Shown here: one piece after another, positions 10,901 to 18,526 of the stretch
Layout of the letters: every line of letters starts with the position of its first letter
Position numbering within the stretch: position 1 is the first letter of the stretch
From: an uncultured Bacteroidales bacterium
Lineage (GTDB): Bacteria > Bacteroidota > Bacteroidia > Bacteroidales > JAIPAH01
DNA: 60,259 nt
Direction: 5' to 3'
Assembly: GCA_964465045.1 (NCBI GenBank)
Contig: CAYXJS010000002.1
Span: forward strand, 1-60,259
Notes under the pieces: generated by a model
The model's database searches: none
What the model was told of the DNA's origin: nothing
Seen by the model: only the letters and a program-made list of their open reading frames with translations
Translations under genes and position numbers: made by a program

Positions 10901-11011
10901 CGTATAAACCTGTTTGGATATGCCGTGCTGGAACCATACGTTGCCAAACCTTTCCAGCGTACTGACAAGGATTGGGTTTTTGGCTTGTTTATCAAGGGAA
11001 TGGACTGGTAA
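7973..11011 (+). CDS. Secreted multidomain protein: MA-clan zinc peptidase-like domain + TolB/PD40-type beta-propeller + C-terminal beta-barrel-like region
   Basis: Signal peptide and HExxH (HVLGHELVHVFQ) with downstream EGLAEY. Repeated PD40-type motifs (SPDGKYVTFLS, WSPDGKKYAVTS, WSPDGRYIAFSG, WSSDGEKLIFISDR). Aromatic-rich alternating C-terminal 350 aa ending in ...FGLFIKGMDW. Confidence 0.75.
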   Translation: MRVFALLISIAGFLLVSLGSHAQYFGQNKVNYEQFPFKKKQTDHFVIYNYLKNDTIVQRISNQAEKWYLRHNAIFGDTISSNPLIFYNDKADFKQTNVISGNISVGTGGVTEGFKRRVIMPMMNSNKETDHVLGHELVHVFQYYMFQSDDSLSYQNLQNVPLWMIEGLAEYLSIGTKDNHTAMWMRDAVMHDNVPTIKDMTRKPHKYFPYRYGHAFWAFATGKWGDAIIRPFLYNTARFGMERASKNLFDMELDSLSTVWQESVKETYDPYTKDTIISPGEQVFKEKNFGTLNLAPVISPDGKYVTFLSNKNVITIDILMAEVETGEVVKKLTGPLSQSHIDDFNYIESAGSWSPDGKKYAVTSFAKGRNNLLIISLDKRSKVERTIAIDGVQSFDNPEWSPDGRYIAFSGLVDGASDLYLYDLKADSTIQLTDDQYSDLMPAWSSDGEKLIFISDRGPGTDFDRQVFSPYRLTEFTLESNEMHVYNDIFPQASVFSPYFADNDSSIYFVAHADGYRNLYKYRIQEDSLFRLTDIPTGVSGITELAPSFSISNKSEKIAYTLYRDNGYHIQMADFDDFEEEPVSKTMRNSAPEVLPPKDRIVNIVQHNLKKHPQTVDTSITQIPYEPKFELEYIGSSGIGVATGYYDTYASGGVNAIFGDILKRHQLYTMVMMQGEIYDIGGGATYINRESRFNWGGSFYHIPYRYSYYRLNNSLYDNDPTDSLTIVNQRIFQDRLSVFGQYPFSKKMRLEAGGYLTRYGYRVDLVKNYYQNGFFAGRKEERGEAPDPMWIQKVYTAFVGDDVDFGVTSPLDGYRFRFQIDQSFTDIQQFTTLADMRRYHFAKPLSFGVRLFHYARYGEDSENLYPLYLGDNYFIRGYSYGSFDDNYSVSGNSFNPNSIAGSKMALFNAEVRLPFTGPERLSVIKSGYLYSDLVLFADGGFATENYDNINWSWDPAFSTENDPNVSNVVFSAGLAWRINLFGYAVLEPYVAKPFQRTDKDWVFGLFIKGMDW

Positions 11012-11183
11012 TGCGATTGCGGCAAACCGATCAGTTAATATGAGTCGTTAAAAAAATGGTTTATTGATGCTTGTTTTCTTTTTGCATTTTTTGCTATGTT
11101 CCAAAAATTTACTGCATGAAGGGGAATTTTCCAGAGCTGATTCCTGCATATTTTTCTGTACGCCAAATCGTGCGTGAATTCTG

Positions 11184-13199
11184 CTATTCCCCCAAAGGAA
11201 GGGTGTCACATGCTTCATCATCACCTTTAAACAAACCTAAATATTGCGTAAGCTTGTTTTTATTGCCCAGGAAAAAGAAAATGTCGTTCTCCTGAATCAG
11301 CGTATCTTCTGCGGGATGCCTCAATACTTGTCCTTTTCGGCTAATAGCGAGTAAATTAAGCATTTCGTCCTCAAAAAAAGGCTGACTGTCAATTCTTTGA
11401 CCAATCATCGGTGCACCTTTGCAAACATGCACAGAGTGTATTTCCACCTCGGGAGCCTGCACTTTCAGTAATTCAATCTGTTTTTCAGGCAAAGACAAAC
11501 TCCGGAACATCTCATACCCATCTTCCCTTACCCTGGCTACCATTTTTTCTATTTCTGTATACGGAATCAGATACTTAGCCAAAACCCTGGAGAATATTTC
11601 TATAGAAGTTTCAAACTCCTCAGGGATCACTTCATCAGCGCCCAAATCGTAAAGCGCTTTCATTTCTGTGATATAGCGGGTACGTATGATAATATGAAGG
11701 TTTGGGTTCATCTTTCTGGCAACATCGGTAATGCGCTTTACATCTCCGGCATGAGGAATTGTAACCACTAAAATGGTTGCATCATGTACGTTGGCGTTTT
11801 CCAGCACAACGGACTGGGTCGCATCACCGTAAAAAATCAACTCACCACGTGCTTGTTCATCTTTTACCGTATCGGGATTTAACTCAATGATAGCGTGCGG
11901 AATATCTGCAAATTTTGCGGCCTTGGCAACATTTCGGCCGTTTATTCCATAGCCGATAATGATCATATGGTTATTTAATTTGCCTACTACAGGCTCAGGA
12001 ATGTTGTGCAATCCTTCCCGCATTTTCTTTGGAATCGGCAGTTTAAGCAAAAGGTGCGCAAATTGAGGAGCAATGAAGATAATAAATGGGGTTAGCGACA
12101 TCGTGATAACCGCCACAGCTAAAAACGCCTGGTAATTATCCGGAGAGAACAATTCATAGTCCATCCCAATGCGGGAAAGGATAAAAGAGAATTCCCCGAT
12201 TTGGCTGATAGTAAGCGCTACAATGACCGTGGTTCTGAAGGGAAACCCTAACATAAACGTCGCAAATCCGGCTACGAATGTTTTAAGAATAATGAGTCCG
12301 CCGGTCAGCAGCAAAACAAAAATTAGGTTGTTAGCAACAAACTCCAGGTTCAGCAACATGCCAATAGAGACAAAGAAAAAACTCGTAAACACATCCCTGA
12401 AAGGCATAATATTACCAAAAGCCTGCTCGCTGTATTCCGACTCAGAGATTATCAGTCCGGCTATAAACGCACCCAGCGCCAATGACAAGCCCATCTCTGA
12501 AGTCCCCCAGGCTACACCCAGAGCCACCATGATAATGGTTATCATGAATAGTTCCCTGCTCTGAGTTTTAGCCACATAATATAATACTGCAGGCATGACA
12601 TGTTTGGCGAGTACATACGTAGCACCGATGATGAAAACAGCCTTTCCGAGAAAAATCAGCAACTCCATACCCAGATTTCCGCCACTTCCGGCTATGAAGG
12701 GCAGAATCAACATCATAGGAACAATAATGATATCCTGGAAAATTAAAATGGCCAGGGAAGTTTGCCCGTGGTGCGTTCCGATCTCACCCCGGCTTTGTAT
12801 CATTTTCAGTACTACCGCTGTACTGCTGAGGGCTACTAAAAACCCGGTAAAAACGGCTTGTTGCCATGTAAGGCCTGCAAAGGAAGTAAGCAAAGTCGTA
12901 ATCAGAACGGTAATGCCTACCTGTAATCCCCCGCCAACAAGTACATACTTCCTGATGCGCTGAAGTTTGGCCAGGCTGAATTCTATCCCAATCGTAAAAA
13001 GCAACAGGATTACCCCGATTTCGGCGATGATTTCTATGTCGTGTGTGTTTTCTACCAGTTTTAGGGCGTTGGGACCCGCTACCACGCCTGTAAATAAAAA
13101 CCCTACAATAGGTGGAATTTTAATACGGTGAAAGAAATATATTACAAAAACCGAAAGAGCGAGTATGATGATAATATCCTTTAACAATCCAAATTCCAT
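11184..13199 (-). CDS. Kef-type monovalent cation:proton antiporter with TrkA-N/TrkA-C regulatory domains
   Basis: About 390 aa of multi-TM Na+/H+-exchanger-like sequence. It is followed by a Rossmann motif IIIGYGINGRNVA and a C-terminal TrkA-C-like segment (SVHVCKGAPMIGQRI...). Confidence 0.85.
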   Translation of the reverse strand: MEFGLLKDIIIILALSVFVIYFFHRIKIPPIVGFLFTGVVAGPNALKLVENTHDIEIIAEIGVILLLFTIGIEFSLAKLQRIRKYVLVGGGLQVGITVLITTLLTSFAGLTWQQAVFTGFLVALSSTAVVLKMIQSRGEIGTHHGQTSLAILIFQDIIIVPMMLILPFIAGSGGNLGMELLIFLGKAVFIIGATYVLAKHVMPAVLYYVAKTQSRELFMITIIMVALGVAWGTSEMGLSLALGAFIAGLIISESEYSEQAFGNIMPFRDVFTSFFFVSIGMLLNLEFVANNLIFVLLLTGGLIILKTFVAGFATFMLGFPFRTTVIVALTISQIGEFSFILSRIGMDYELFSPDNYQAFLAVAVITMSLTPFIIFIAPQFAHLLLKLPIPKKMREGLHNIPEPVVGKLNNHMIIIGYGINGRNVAKAAKFADIPHAIIELNPDTVKDEQARGELIFYGDATQSVVLENANVHDATILVVTIPHAGDVKRITDVARKMNPNLHIIIRTRYITEMKALYDLGADEVIPEEFETSIEIFSRVLAKYLIPYTEIEKMVARVREDGYEMFRSLSLPEKQIELLKVQAPEVEIHSVHVCKGAPMIGQRIDSQPFFEDEMLNLLAISRKGQVLRHPAEDTLIQENDIFFFLGNKNKLTQYLGLFKGDDEACDTLPLGE

Positions 13200-13303
13200 A
13201 TTTTGCTATTTAACCTGTTGATATTATTCCCATTTATGTTGATTTTATCTTAATCACACTGCGGGTACAGCAAATTAATTTGACTTATTGCTTTAACGGT
13301 AAA

Positions 13304-13340
13304 GATAAAAAAAAGCTTTGAAACGACGTTCAAAGCTTTT
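13304..13340 (-). terminator. Rho-independent terminator downstream of rplS
   Basis: Perfect 12-bp inverted repeat aaaagctttgaa / ttcaaagctttt (13311-13322 and 13329-13340) with a 6-nt loop. On the minus strand the stem runs into a T-tract. It lies 29 nt after the rplS stop. Confidence 0.75.
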
Positions 13341-13368
13341 TAAAAATTTTCTGATGTACCGGGTTGTA

Positions 13369-13725
13369 TTATACTCTGCGTTCTTTGATTCGTGCAGCTT
13401 TTCCGGTACGACCTCTGAGGTAGAAAATGCGTGATCTGCGCACCGAACCTCTTTTGTTGATTGTAATTTTTTCTATAGAAGGCGAGTTGAAAGGAATGAT
13501 CCTCTCTACACCTATGCCACTGGATACTTTACGTATCGTGAAGGTTTTGTTGGCTCTTTCGCCGGATATTTGCAAAACAATGCCACGGAAACTCTGTAAA
13601 CGTTCCTTGTTTCCCTCTCTAATCTTATAGCTTACGGTAATCGTATCTCCGGCGCTGAATTTAGGAATATCGTTCTTTTCGATGAATTCATCTTCTACGT
13701 ACCGGATTAAGTCAGTATTGCCCAT
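13369..13725 (-). CDS. rplS: 50S ribosomal protein L19
   Basis: 118 aa. ...FSAGDTITVSYKIREGNKERLQSFRGIVLQISG...TFTIRKVSSGIGVERIIPFNSPSIEKI... is unmistakably L19. Confidence 0.97.
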   Translation of the reverse strand: MGNTDLIRYVEDEFIEKNDIPKFSAGDTITVSYKIREGNKERLQSFRGIVLQISGERANKTFTIRKVSSGIGVERIIPFNSPSIEKITINKRGSVRRSRIFYLRGRTGKAARIKERRV

Positions 13726-13764
13726 TATTCTGTGTTTTTATAGATTCCTTTCTTAAAATGGCTG

Positions 13765-13772
13765 CAAATATA
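13765..13772 (-). promoter_or_regulatory. Candidate -7 promoter box (TATATTTG on the minus strand) upstream of rplS
   Basis: Plus-strand CAAATATA is the reverse complement of TAnnTTTG, about 40 nt upstream of the rplS ATG. Motif match only. Confidence 0.3.
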
Positions 13773-13838
13773 CAAGTTTTTTCCAATGAATTGTAGGTAC
13801 GATGACAAAATCTGCATTGAGTTATCAAACAAAAGTTG

Positions 13839-14534
13839 TTAACAACTATTTTGATGATCATCATCCAATAGTTCAGGTCGCCGGTTTTGAGTGCGCTCAA
13901 CAGCTTTTTTGTATCGCCACTCCTGTATCTTGGCTTCATGACCGGAAAGTAGGATTTCCGGTACTTTCATTCCGCGGAAATCGGCCGGCCGGGTATATAC
14001 CGGCGGAGATATCAGGTTATCCTGAAAGCTGTCTGATAAAGCAGACGTTTCATCATTTAGCACTCCGGGAATTAATCTTACAACACTGTCAACGATAACA
14101 GCGGCGGCCAGCTCTCCTCCTGATAATACATAATTTCCGATGGAAATCTCCCGGGTGATGTATTTTTCGCGAATGCGCTCGTCAATGCCTTTATAGTGTC
14201 CGCACAAAATAATGATGTTATTCAAAGTAGATAACATGTTTGCTTCCTGTTGGTTATGCAGCAAGCCATCTGGCGCAGTGTAAATAATTTCATCATAATT
14301 TCTTTCTTTTTGCAGACTTTCGATGCATCGGGATACAGGTTCTATCATCATGACCATACCGGCACCTCCCCCGTAAGGATAATCGTCTACTTTACGGTGT
14401 TTGTTAGTACTGTAATCACGGATGTCATGAAGGTAAATGCCGGCTAATTGCCTTTGGCGCGCCCTTTTAATAATCGAATGAGCAAAAGGCCCGTCAAACA
14501 TCTCCGGAAAAAGCGTCAGGATATCAATGCGCAT
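13839..14534 (-). CDS. trmD: tRNA (guanine37-N1)-methyltransferase
   Basis: [17 protein letters not shown]...[13 protein letters not shown]...[14 protein letters not shown]...[16 protein letters not shown]... are canonical TrmD motifs, and it is adjacent to rplS as in many bacteria. Confidence 0.95.
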   Translation of the reverse strand: MRIDILTLFPEMFDGPFAHSIIKRARQRQLAGIYLHDIRDYSTNKHRKVDDYPYGGGAGMVMMIEPVSRCIESLQKERNYDEIIYTAPDGLLHNQQEANMLSTLNNIIILCGHYKGIDERIREKYITREISIGNYVLSGGELAAAVIVDSVVRLIPGVLNDETSALSDSFQDNLISPPVYTRPADFRGMKVPEILLSGHEAKIQEWRYKKAVERTQNRRPELLDDDHQNSC

Positions 14535-14621
14535 ATGACAAATTTTTTGCGAATTTACGAATTCTGCAAAGCTAAAATAATGGCTGTCTGTGAACTTTTA
14601 CTTAATTTTACCCGTTTTAAT

Positions 14622-14938
14622 TAAGTTTGTAAGTTTCTAAGTTTATAAGTTATTATGTTCTTAAGTTCTTAAGTTGCTATGTTTGATAGGCTCTTACGTG
14701 TTTAAGTGCATATGTGTTCAGGTGTTTACATGCATAGGTAATCAAGTGTTTATGTAAAGTTGGCATTAGGCAGTTGGCAGTTGGCAATGAAAAATTTCGG
14801 GTTTCGGGTTTCGGATTTCGGACTTAGGGTTGAAAGCTCCAAAGCGGATTAACCATCCCGATAGCTATCAGGAACAAATCAACGAATATACGAATCACAA
14901 ATAAACAAATCAGCGAATCACGAATTAACGAAAAGATT
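14622..14938 (+). repeat. Composite intergenic element, copy A: collinear blocks of degenerate 7-8-bp tandem repeats ending at the ATG of the S8 peptidase gene
   Basis: Eight 8-bp units TAAGTTTG/TAAGTTTC/TAAGTTTA/TAAGTTAT/TATGTTCT/TAAGTTCT/TAAGTTGC/TATGTTTG (14622-14685), then a GTGTTTAA-type 8-mer block. Next come GCAGTTG x3, TTTCGGG-type 7-mers x5, a spacer, and CGAATNAN 8-mers up to 14938. Same block order as the reverse complement of 30320-30538. A 42-nt core (14756-14797) matches 30433-30474 at 38/42 positions, including a 21-nt exact run gcagttggcaatgaaaaattt. Confidence 0.85.
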
Positions 14939-16588
14939 ATGAAGAAGAAAATACCTGTATTGTTTGTATTGATGCTCTTTCTTGCTTCGGCCATGTCGCA
15001 AGAAGCGCATACGTACATTGTAAAATTGGCTGACAAGGAAAGTTCGCCATACAAAATTGAAAACCCTGAAGCTTATCTGAGTCAGAAAGCGCTTGAGCGG
15101 CGGGAAAAACAAGGAATTGCCATTGATTACACCGATTTACCTGTAAGTCCGGCATATGTTGAGCAGGTTAAAGCAGAAGGATATCGCATTACTCACCGCA
15201 TCAAGTGGTTGAATACCATCATTGTTAAAGGAAACGCAAGCGAACCCCTCGAAGCGCTTCCTTTTGTAAAAGAGGTGAAAACGGTTATGCAATCGGAAAG
15301 AAAAACGGAAAAGCCATTTTTTGAATCTGAGTCGGAAGACTTCAGACCTTTATCTAAAACGAAAAACACACAGCGTGAAGATGATGTGTATGATTATGGG
15401 GAAGCATACAACCAGATAGAAATGCTCAACGGGCATCTTGTGCATAATGAAGGTTATGATGGTGAGGGAATGACTATTGCAGTGTTAGATGCGGGTTATC
15501 AGAATGCAGATGAAATGGATGCATTCGATAGCCTTTGGATGAATGATCGCATCCTGGGAACCGCCAATTTTGTTAATGATGAAGATATTTTCAATAGCAG
15601 CATCAGCTCACACGGAACCAGTGTCTTATCCACAATGGGAGGGAACCTTCCCGGCGAAATTGTAGGCACAGCCCCACAGGCTGAGTATTGGCTGATTCGT
15701 ACCGAAGACGCCTCTGATGAGTACCTGATGGAAGAGTATTTCTGGGTTGATGGCGCTGAATTTGCCGACAGTGTGGGGGCTGATATTATCAACTCTTCCC
15801 TTGGATACACTGAAAATTTTAACGATCCGGACAACGATCATACGTATGAAGACATGGACGGAAACACGACACCCGTGACTATAGGTGCTGACGAAGCAGC
15901 TTCCAAAGGTATTTTGGTTGTGAACAGCGCCGGGAACTCAGGCAGCGGCTCATGGTTTTATATCGGTGCACCGGCCGATGGCGATAGCGTAATGGCTGTT
16001 GGCGCCGTGGATGGCAATGGCAATTATGTTAGCTTCAGTTCAAAAGGACCAACTTACGACGGCCGTATAAAACCCGATGTGTCTGCAAAAGGTTCTTCGG
16101 CTACTGTAGCTTCTGTATGGGGCGGCGTAACATACGCCAGCGGAACTTCTTTTTCTTCGCCGATTATGGCTGGCATGACGGCTTCAATATGGCAGGCGAA
16201 TCCTTCTTTAGGCAACATGGAGCTCATAGAGTTGATTAAAGAACATGGTCACCAGGCTGATGACCCCGACTCACTCCTGGGTTGGGGAATCCCCGACTTT
16301 GGTGCGATGCTTGATGTGATAGGTACGCAGAATGCAGACCTGACCTTGCTTAAGGCTGTAAAAGTGTACCCGAATCCCTTTGGAGAGCAACTGACAATTT
16401 CCTTGTCCCAGCCGGTGGATTTTACGGCTACATTGTCTGCCATGTCAGGTAAGCAGGTTATCCGTAAAACAATACAGCAAAGCAACTATGCCACTTTGTC
16501 TGGTGTTAAGAACTTGCCAGCTGGCATATACTTTCTTAAAATCGAAACATCCGAAGGCGAGGTTGTTCGTAAATTGATTAAGAAGTAA
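14939..16588 (+). CDS. S8 (subtilisin-like) serine peptidase with T9SS C-terminal sorting domain
   Basis: Signal peptide and I9-like propeptide. Catalytic triad contexts IAVLDAGY, HGTSVLSTMGG and SGTSFSSPIMAG. The C-terminus VKVYPNPFGEQLTISL...GIYFLKIETSEGEVVRKLIKK is a Por_Secre_tail-type domain. Confidence 0.92.
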   Translation: MKKKIPVLFVLMLFLASAMSQEAHTYIVKLADKESSPYKIENPEAYLSQKALERREKQGIAIDYTDLPVSPAYVEQVKAEGYRITHRIKWLNTIIVKGNASEPLEALPFVKEVKTVMQSERKTEKPFFESESEDFRPLSKTKNTQREDDVYDYGEAYNQIEMLNGHLVHNEGYDGEGMTIAVLDAGYQNADEMDAFDSLWMNDRILGTANFVNDEDIFNSSISSHGTSVLSTMGGNLPGEIVGTAPQAEYWLIRTEDASDEYLMEEYFWVDGAEFADSVGADIINSSLGYTENFNDPDNDHTYEDMDGNTTPVTIGADEAASKGILVVNSAGNSGSGSWFYIGAPADGDSVMAVGAVDGNGNYVSFSSKGPTYDGRIKPDVSAKGSSATVASVWGGVTYASGTSFSSPIMAGMTASIWQANPSLGNMELIELIKEHGHQADDPDSLLGWGIPDFGAMLDVIGTQNADLTLLKAVKVYPNPFGEQLTISLSQPVDFTATLSAMSGKQVIRKTIQQSNYATLSGVKNLPAGIYFLKIETSEGEVVRKLIKK

Positions 16589-16659
16589 GGCTTACGAATT
16601 TAGAGGTGCCCGGAAAAAATTATCTGGCAACGTAAGTAACTATGGAATAATAGTTTAAG

Positions 16660-16686
16660 GCTTCTGCATTGTGCAGGGGCTTTTTT
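16660..16686 (+). terminator. Rho-independent terminator after the S8 peptidase gene
   Basis: Stem gcttctgca / tgcaggggc (two G-U pairs) with a 3-nt loop, followed by tttttt (16681-16686). It lies about 70 nt after the stop at 16588. Confidence 0.65.
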
Positions 16687-17552
16687 CTTGCTTTAGATGC
16701 AGAATAAAGCGCATATCGGCTTATGTGATAGAGAAATTTCTGGCAATAGGGGAGCGCATTTATTTTTTTTGGATAAACCGTGGTTCGTTAATGATCATTG
16801 ATTAGGTTACTGTCCGATGTGCAATTCCGTTATCGACCATAGAAGTATATTCTATTCGGATAGTCATTATTATTACCTGTTTTTTTTGATCTCCCGTTCA
16901 ATATACATACCTCAGACCTAATGAATTTCACGCGACAAGCAATCACTGAATTCAGTTTAATGAATCAATAAGTTTTTAGGATTGTAAGTTAATGACTTGA
17001 ATTATAATGGCATAGATAGAAAATGCAGTTTATAATATTCAAATAGTCAAAGCATTGATCATTCATTAAAATATTTAGCGCTTTTTATACCAACGTCATT
17101 ACTGGAACAGGAAAATGCAACAGGGATTATTCATAAAAATTCGGAAAAACAAAAAAGGGGAGGGGTAAACCCTTTTGCTACCCCGGATCAAAGAGTTACA
17201 AATGTACACATAAGTAAAACGCATGAATATACTAATGTAATATTTGGTAGTCGGTCACCGGTACATGTATACACTTCAGGTAAAATAGCCGAAAAATCAT
17301 TTTAACAACCAGTATACCAAATTATAATATCATCTATATAAACCAACTGTTTAACTATATTTCAATTTTGCATCGAAGTTACAATTGTAACATATCAAAT
17401 ATATACGTCACTAAATCAAAGATATACAGCATCTACTTCAACATGGCTTTACATAAATTAGAAACCAAAAAAAATTCAGAAAACGACACTATAATTGCAA
17501 ACCATGTAACCAAATAATTTCATAGATTTGTAACAAATGAAAACCGGAACCC

Positions 17553-18002
17553 ATGGAAGAACGTTTAGCCTTTATCATGAAAGCAAAAGACCTGAGCATG
17601 ACCCAGTTTGCGGATGAGATTAATATTCAGCGCAGCAACATGTCGCATGTAATGAACGGGCGCAACAAGGCCAGTTTAGACTTTGTTAGTCGCATACTAA
17701 AACGATTTCCGGAAATCAATCCCGATTGGTTGTTATTTGGAAAAGGAAGCATGACTCGTGGAGATGAAGCAGAGGATAGGGCTGCCAACCAAGATACTGT
17801 AAAATACAAAGCAAGGGCAGAGGAGCTGGAGAAAGAGGTAATTCAGCTAAGAAATAAGCTATTAGCTGTAAAGGAAACCCAAAAGGAAAATATTCCGCAG
17901 GTCAATGATGAAAACCCGGCTGCCTACACACCAGAGTTAAATATAAAAAGCATCGTCACCTTTTACAACGACGATACTTTTAAAATCTATACCCCGAAAT
18001 AA
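17553..18002 (+). CDS. XRE-family helix-turn-helix DNA-binding protein
   Basis: N-terminal HTH (LSMTQFADEINIQRSNMSHVMNGRNKASLDFVSRILKRFPEINPDWLLFGKG), then a charged coiled-coil tail. Confidence 0.85.
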   Translation: MEERLAFIMKAKDLSMTQFADEINIQRSNMSHVMNGRNKASLDFVSRILKRFPEINPDWLLFGKGSMTRGDEAEDRAANQDTVKYKARAEELEKEVIQLRNKLLAVKETQKENIPQVNDENPAAYTPELNIKSIVTFYNDDTFKIYTPK

Positions 18003-18043
18003 GTATACATGTGTATCCATTATACAAATGTATACATTAATAA

Positions 18044-18463
18044 TTAATACCGTTCGGCATAGCTAAAGAAGAAATTCGCCTCTTCTGTGGCGTTTTCATC
18101 GCTGTCTGAGCCATGTACGGCATTCATCTGGATATCGGTCCCACACAAGTGGCGAATGGTTCCTTCTTCCGCTTCTTTTGGATTTGTTGGTCCGATAAGC
18201 TCCCGGTAAGCTTCAACGGCATTCTCCTTTTTCAATAGAGCTACAATCACCGGACCTGAGGTCATGAACGTGACCAAGTCCTCATAGAAGGGTCTTTCTT
18301 TGTGCACTGCATAAAAGGATTTAGCCTGTTCCCGGGTCATACGCATCATTTTAATAGCGCTGATGCGAAATCCATTTTCCGTTATGATATTGAGGATTTT
18401 ACCTGTGCAGTTGTTTTTTACTGCCATGGGTTTGATGATGGTTAGCGTTAGATTGTTTTTCAT
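18044..18463 (-). CDS. ndk: Nucleoside-diphosphate kinase
   Basis: LTLTIIKPMAV...SAIKMMRMTREQAKSFYAVHKERPFYEDLVTFMTSGPVIVALL...NAVHGSDS (active-site His context). The track ORF is extended by 19 poor codons, and ATG at 18463 gives the usual N-terminus MKNNLTLTIIKP. Confidence 0.93.
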   Translation of the reverse strand: MKNNLTLTIIKPMAVKNNCTGKILNIITENGFRISAIKMMRMTREQAKSFYAVHKERPFYEDLVTFMTSGPVIVALLKKENAVEAYRELIGPTNPKEAEEGTIRHLCGTDIQMNAVHGSDSDENATEEANFFFSYAERY

Positions 18464-18526
18464 AAATTTATTTGATTTTACGTTATATGTAAAGGTACAA
18501 AGATTTAAGGAAGCCAACATCCTTTA

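Noticed and set aside
14622-14938. Whether the tandem short repeats could be a CRISPR array or a minisatellite-encoded peptide.
   Set aside because: The units are only 7-8 bp with no unique spacers, and no cas genes are present. No ORF spans the region. It is reported instead as a composite intergenic repeat.
16687-17552. tRNA, tmRNA, RNase P, SRP or 6S RNA in the long ORF-free tract.
   Set aside because: I could not fold any cloverleaf or find conserved boxes. The tract is strongly AT-rich with only short GC clusters (for example ggggaggggtaaaccc at about 17156-17172). It is left as an open question rather than a feature.
17553-18002. The XRE-type HTH gene as the antitoxin of a toxin-antitoxin or defence module.
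   Set aside because: There is no partner ORF on either side. Upstream is ORF-free and downstream is convergent ndk. The protein has a long coiled-coil tail rather than a compact antitoxin layout.
18003-18035. Hairpin gtatacat ... atgtatac between the convergent HTH and ndk genes, as a bidirectional terminator.
   Set aside because: The stem is 8 bp, almost entirely A-T, with a 17-nt loop and no flanking T-tracts. That is too weak to call.
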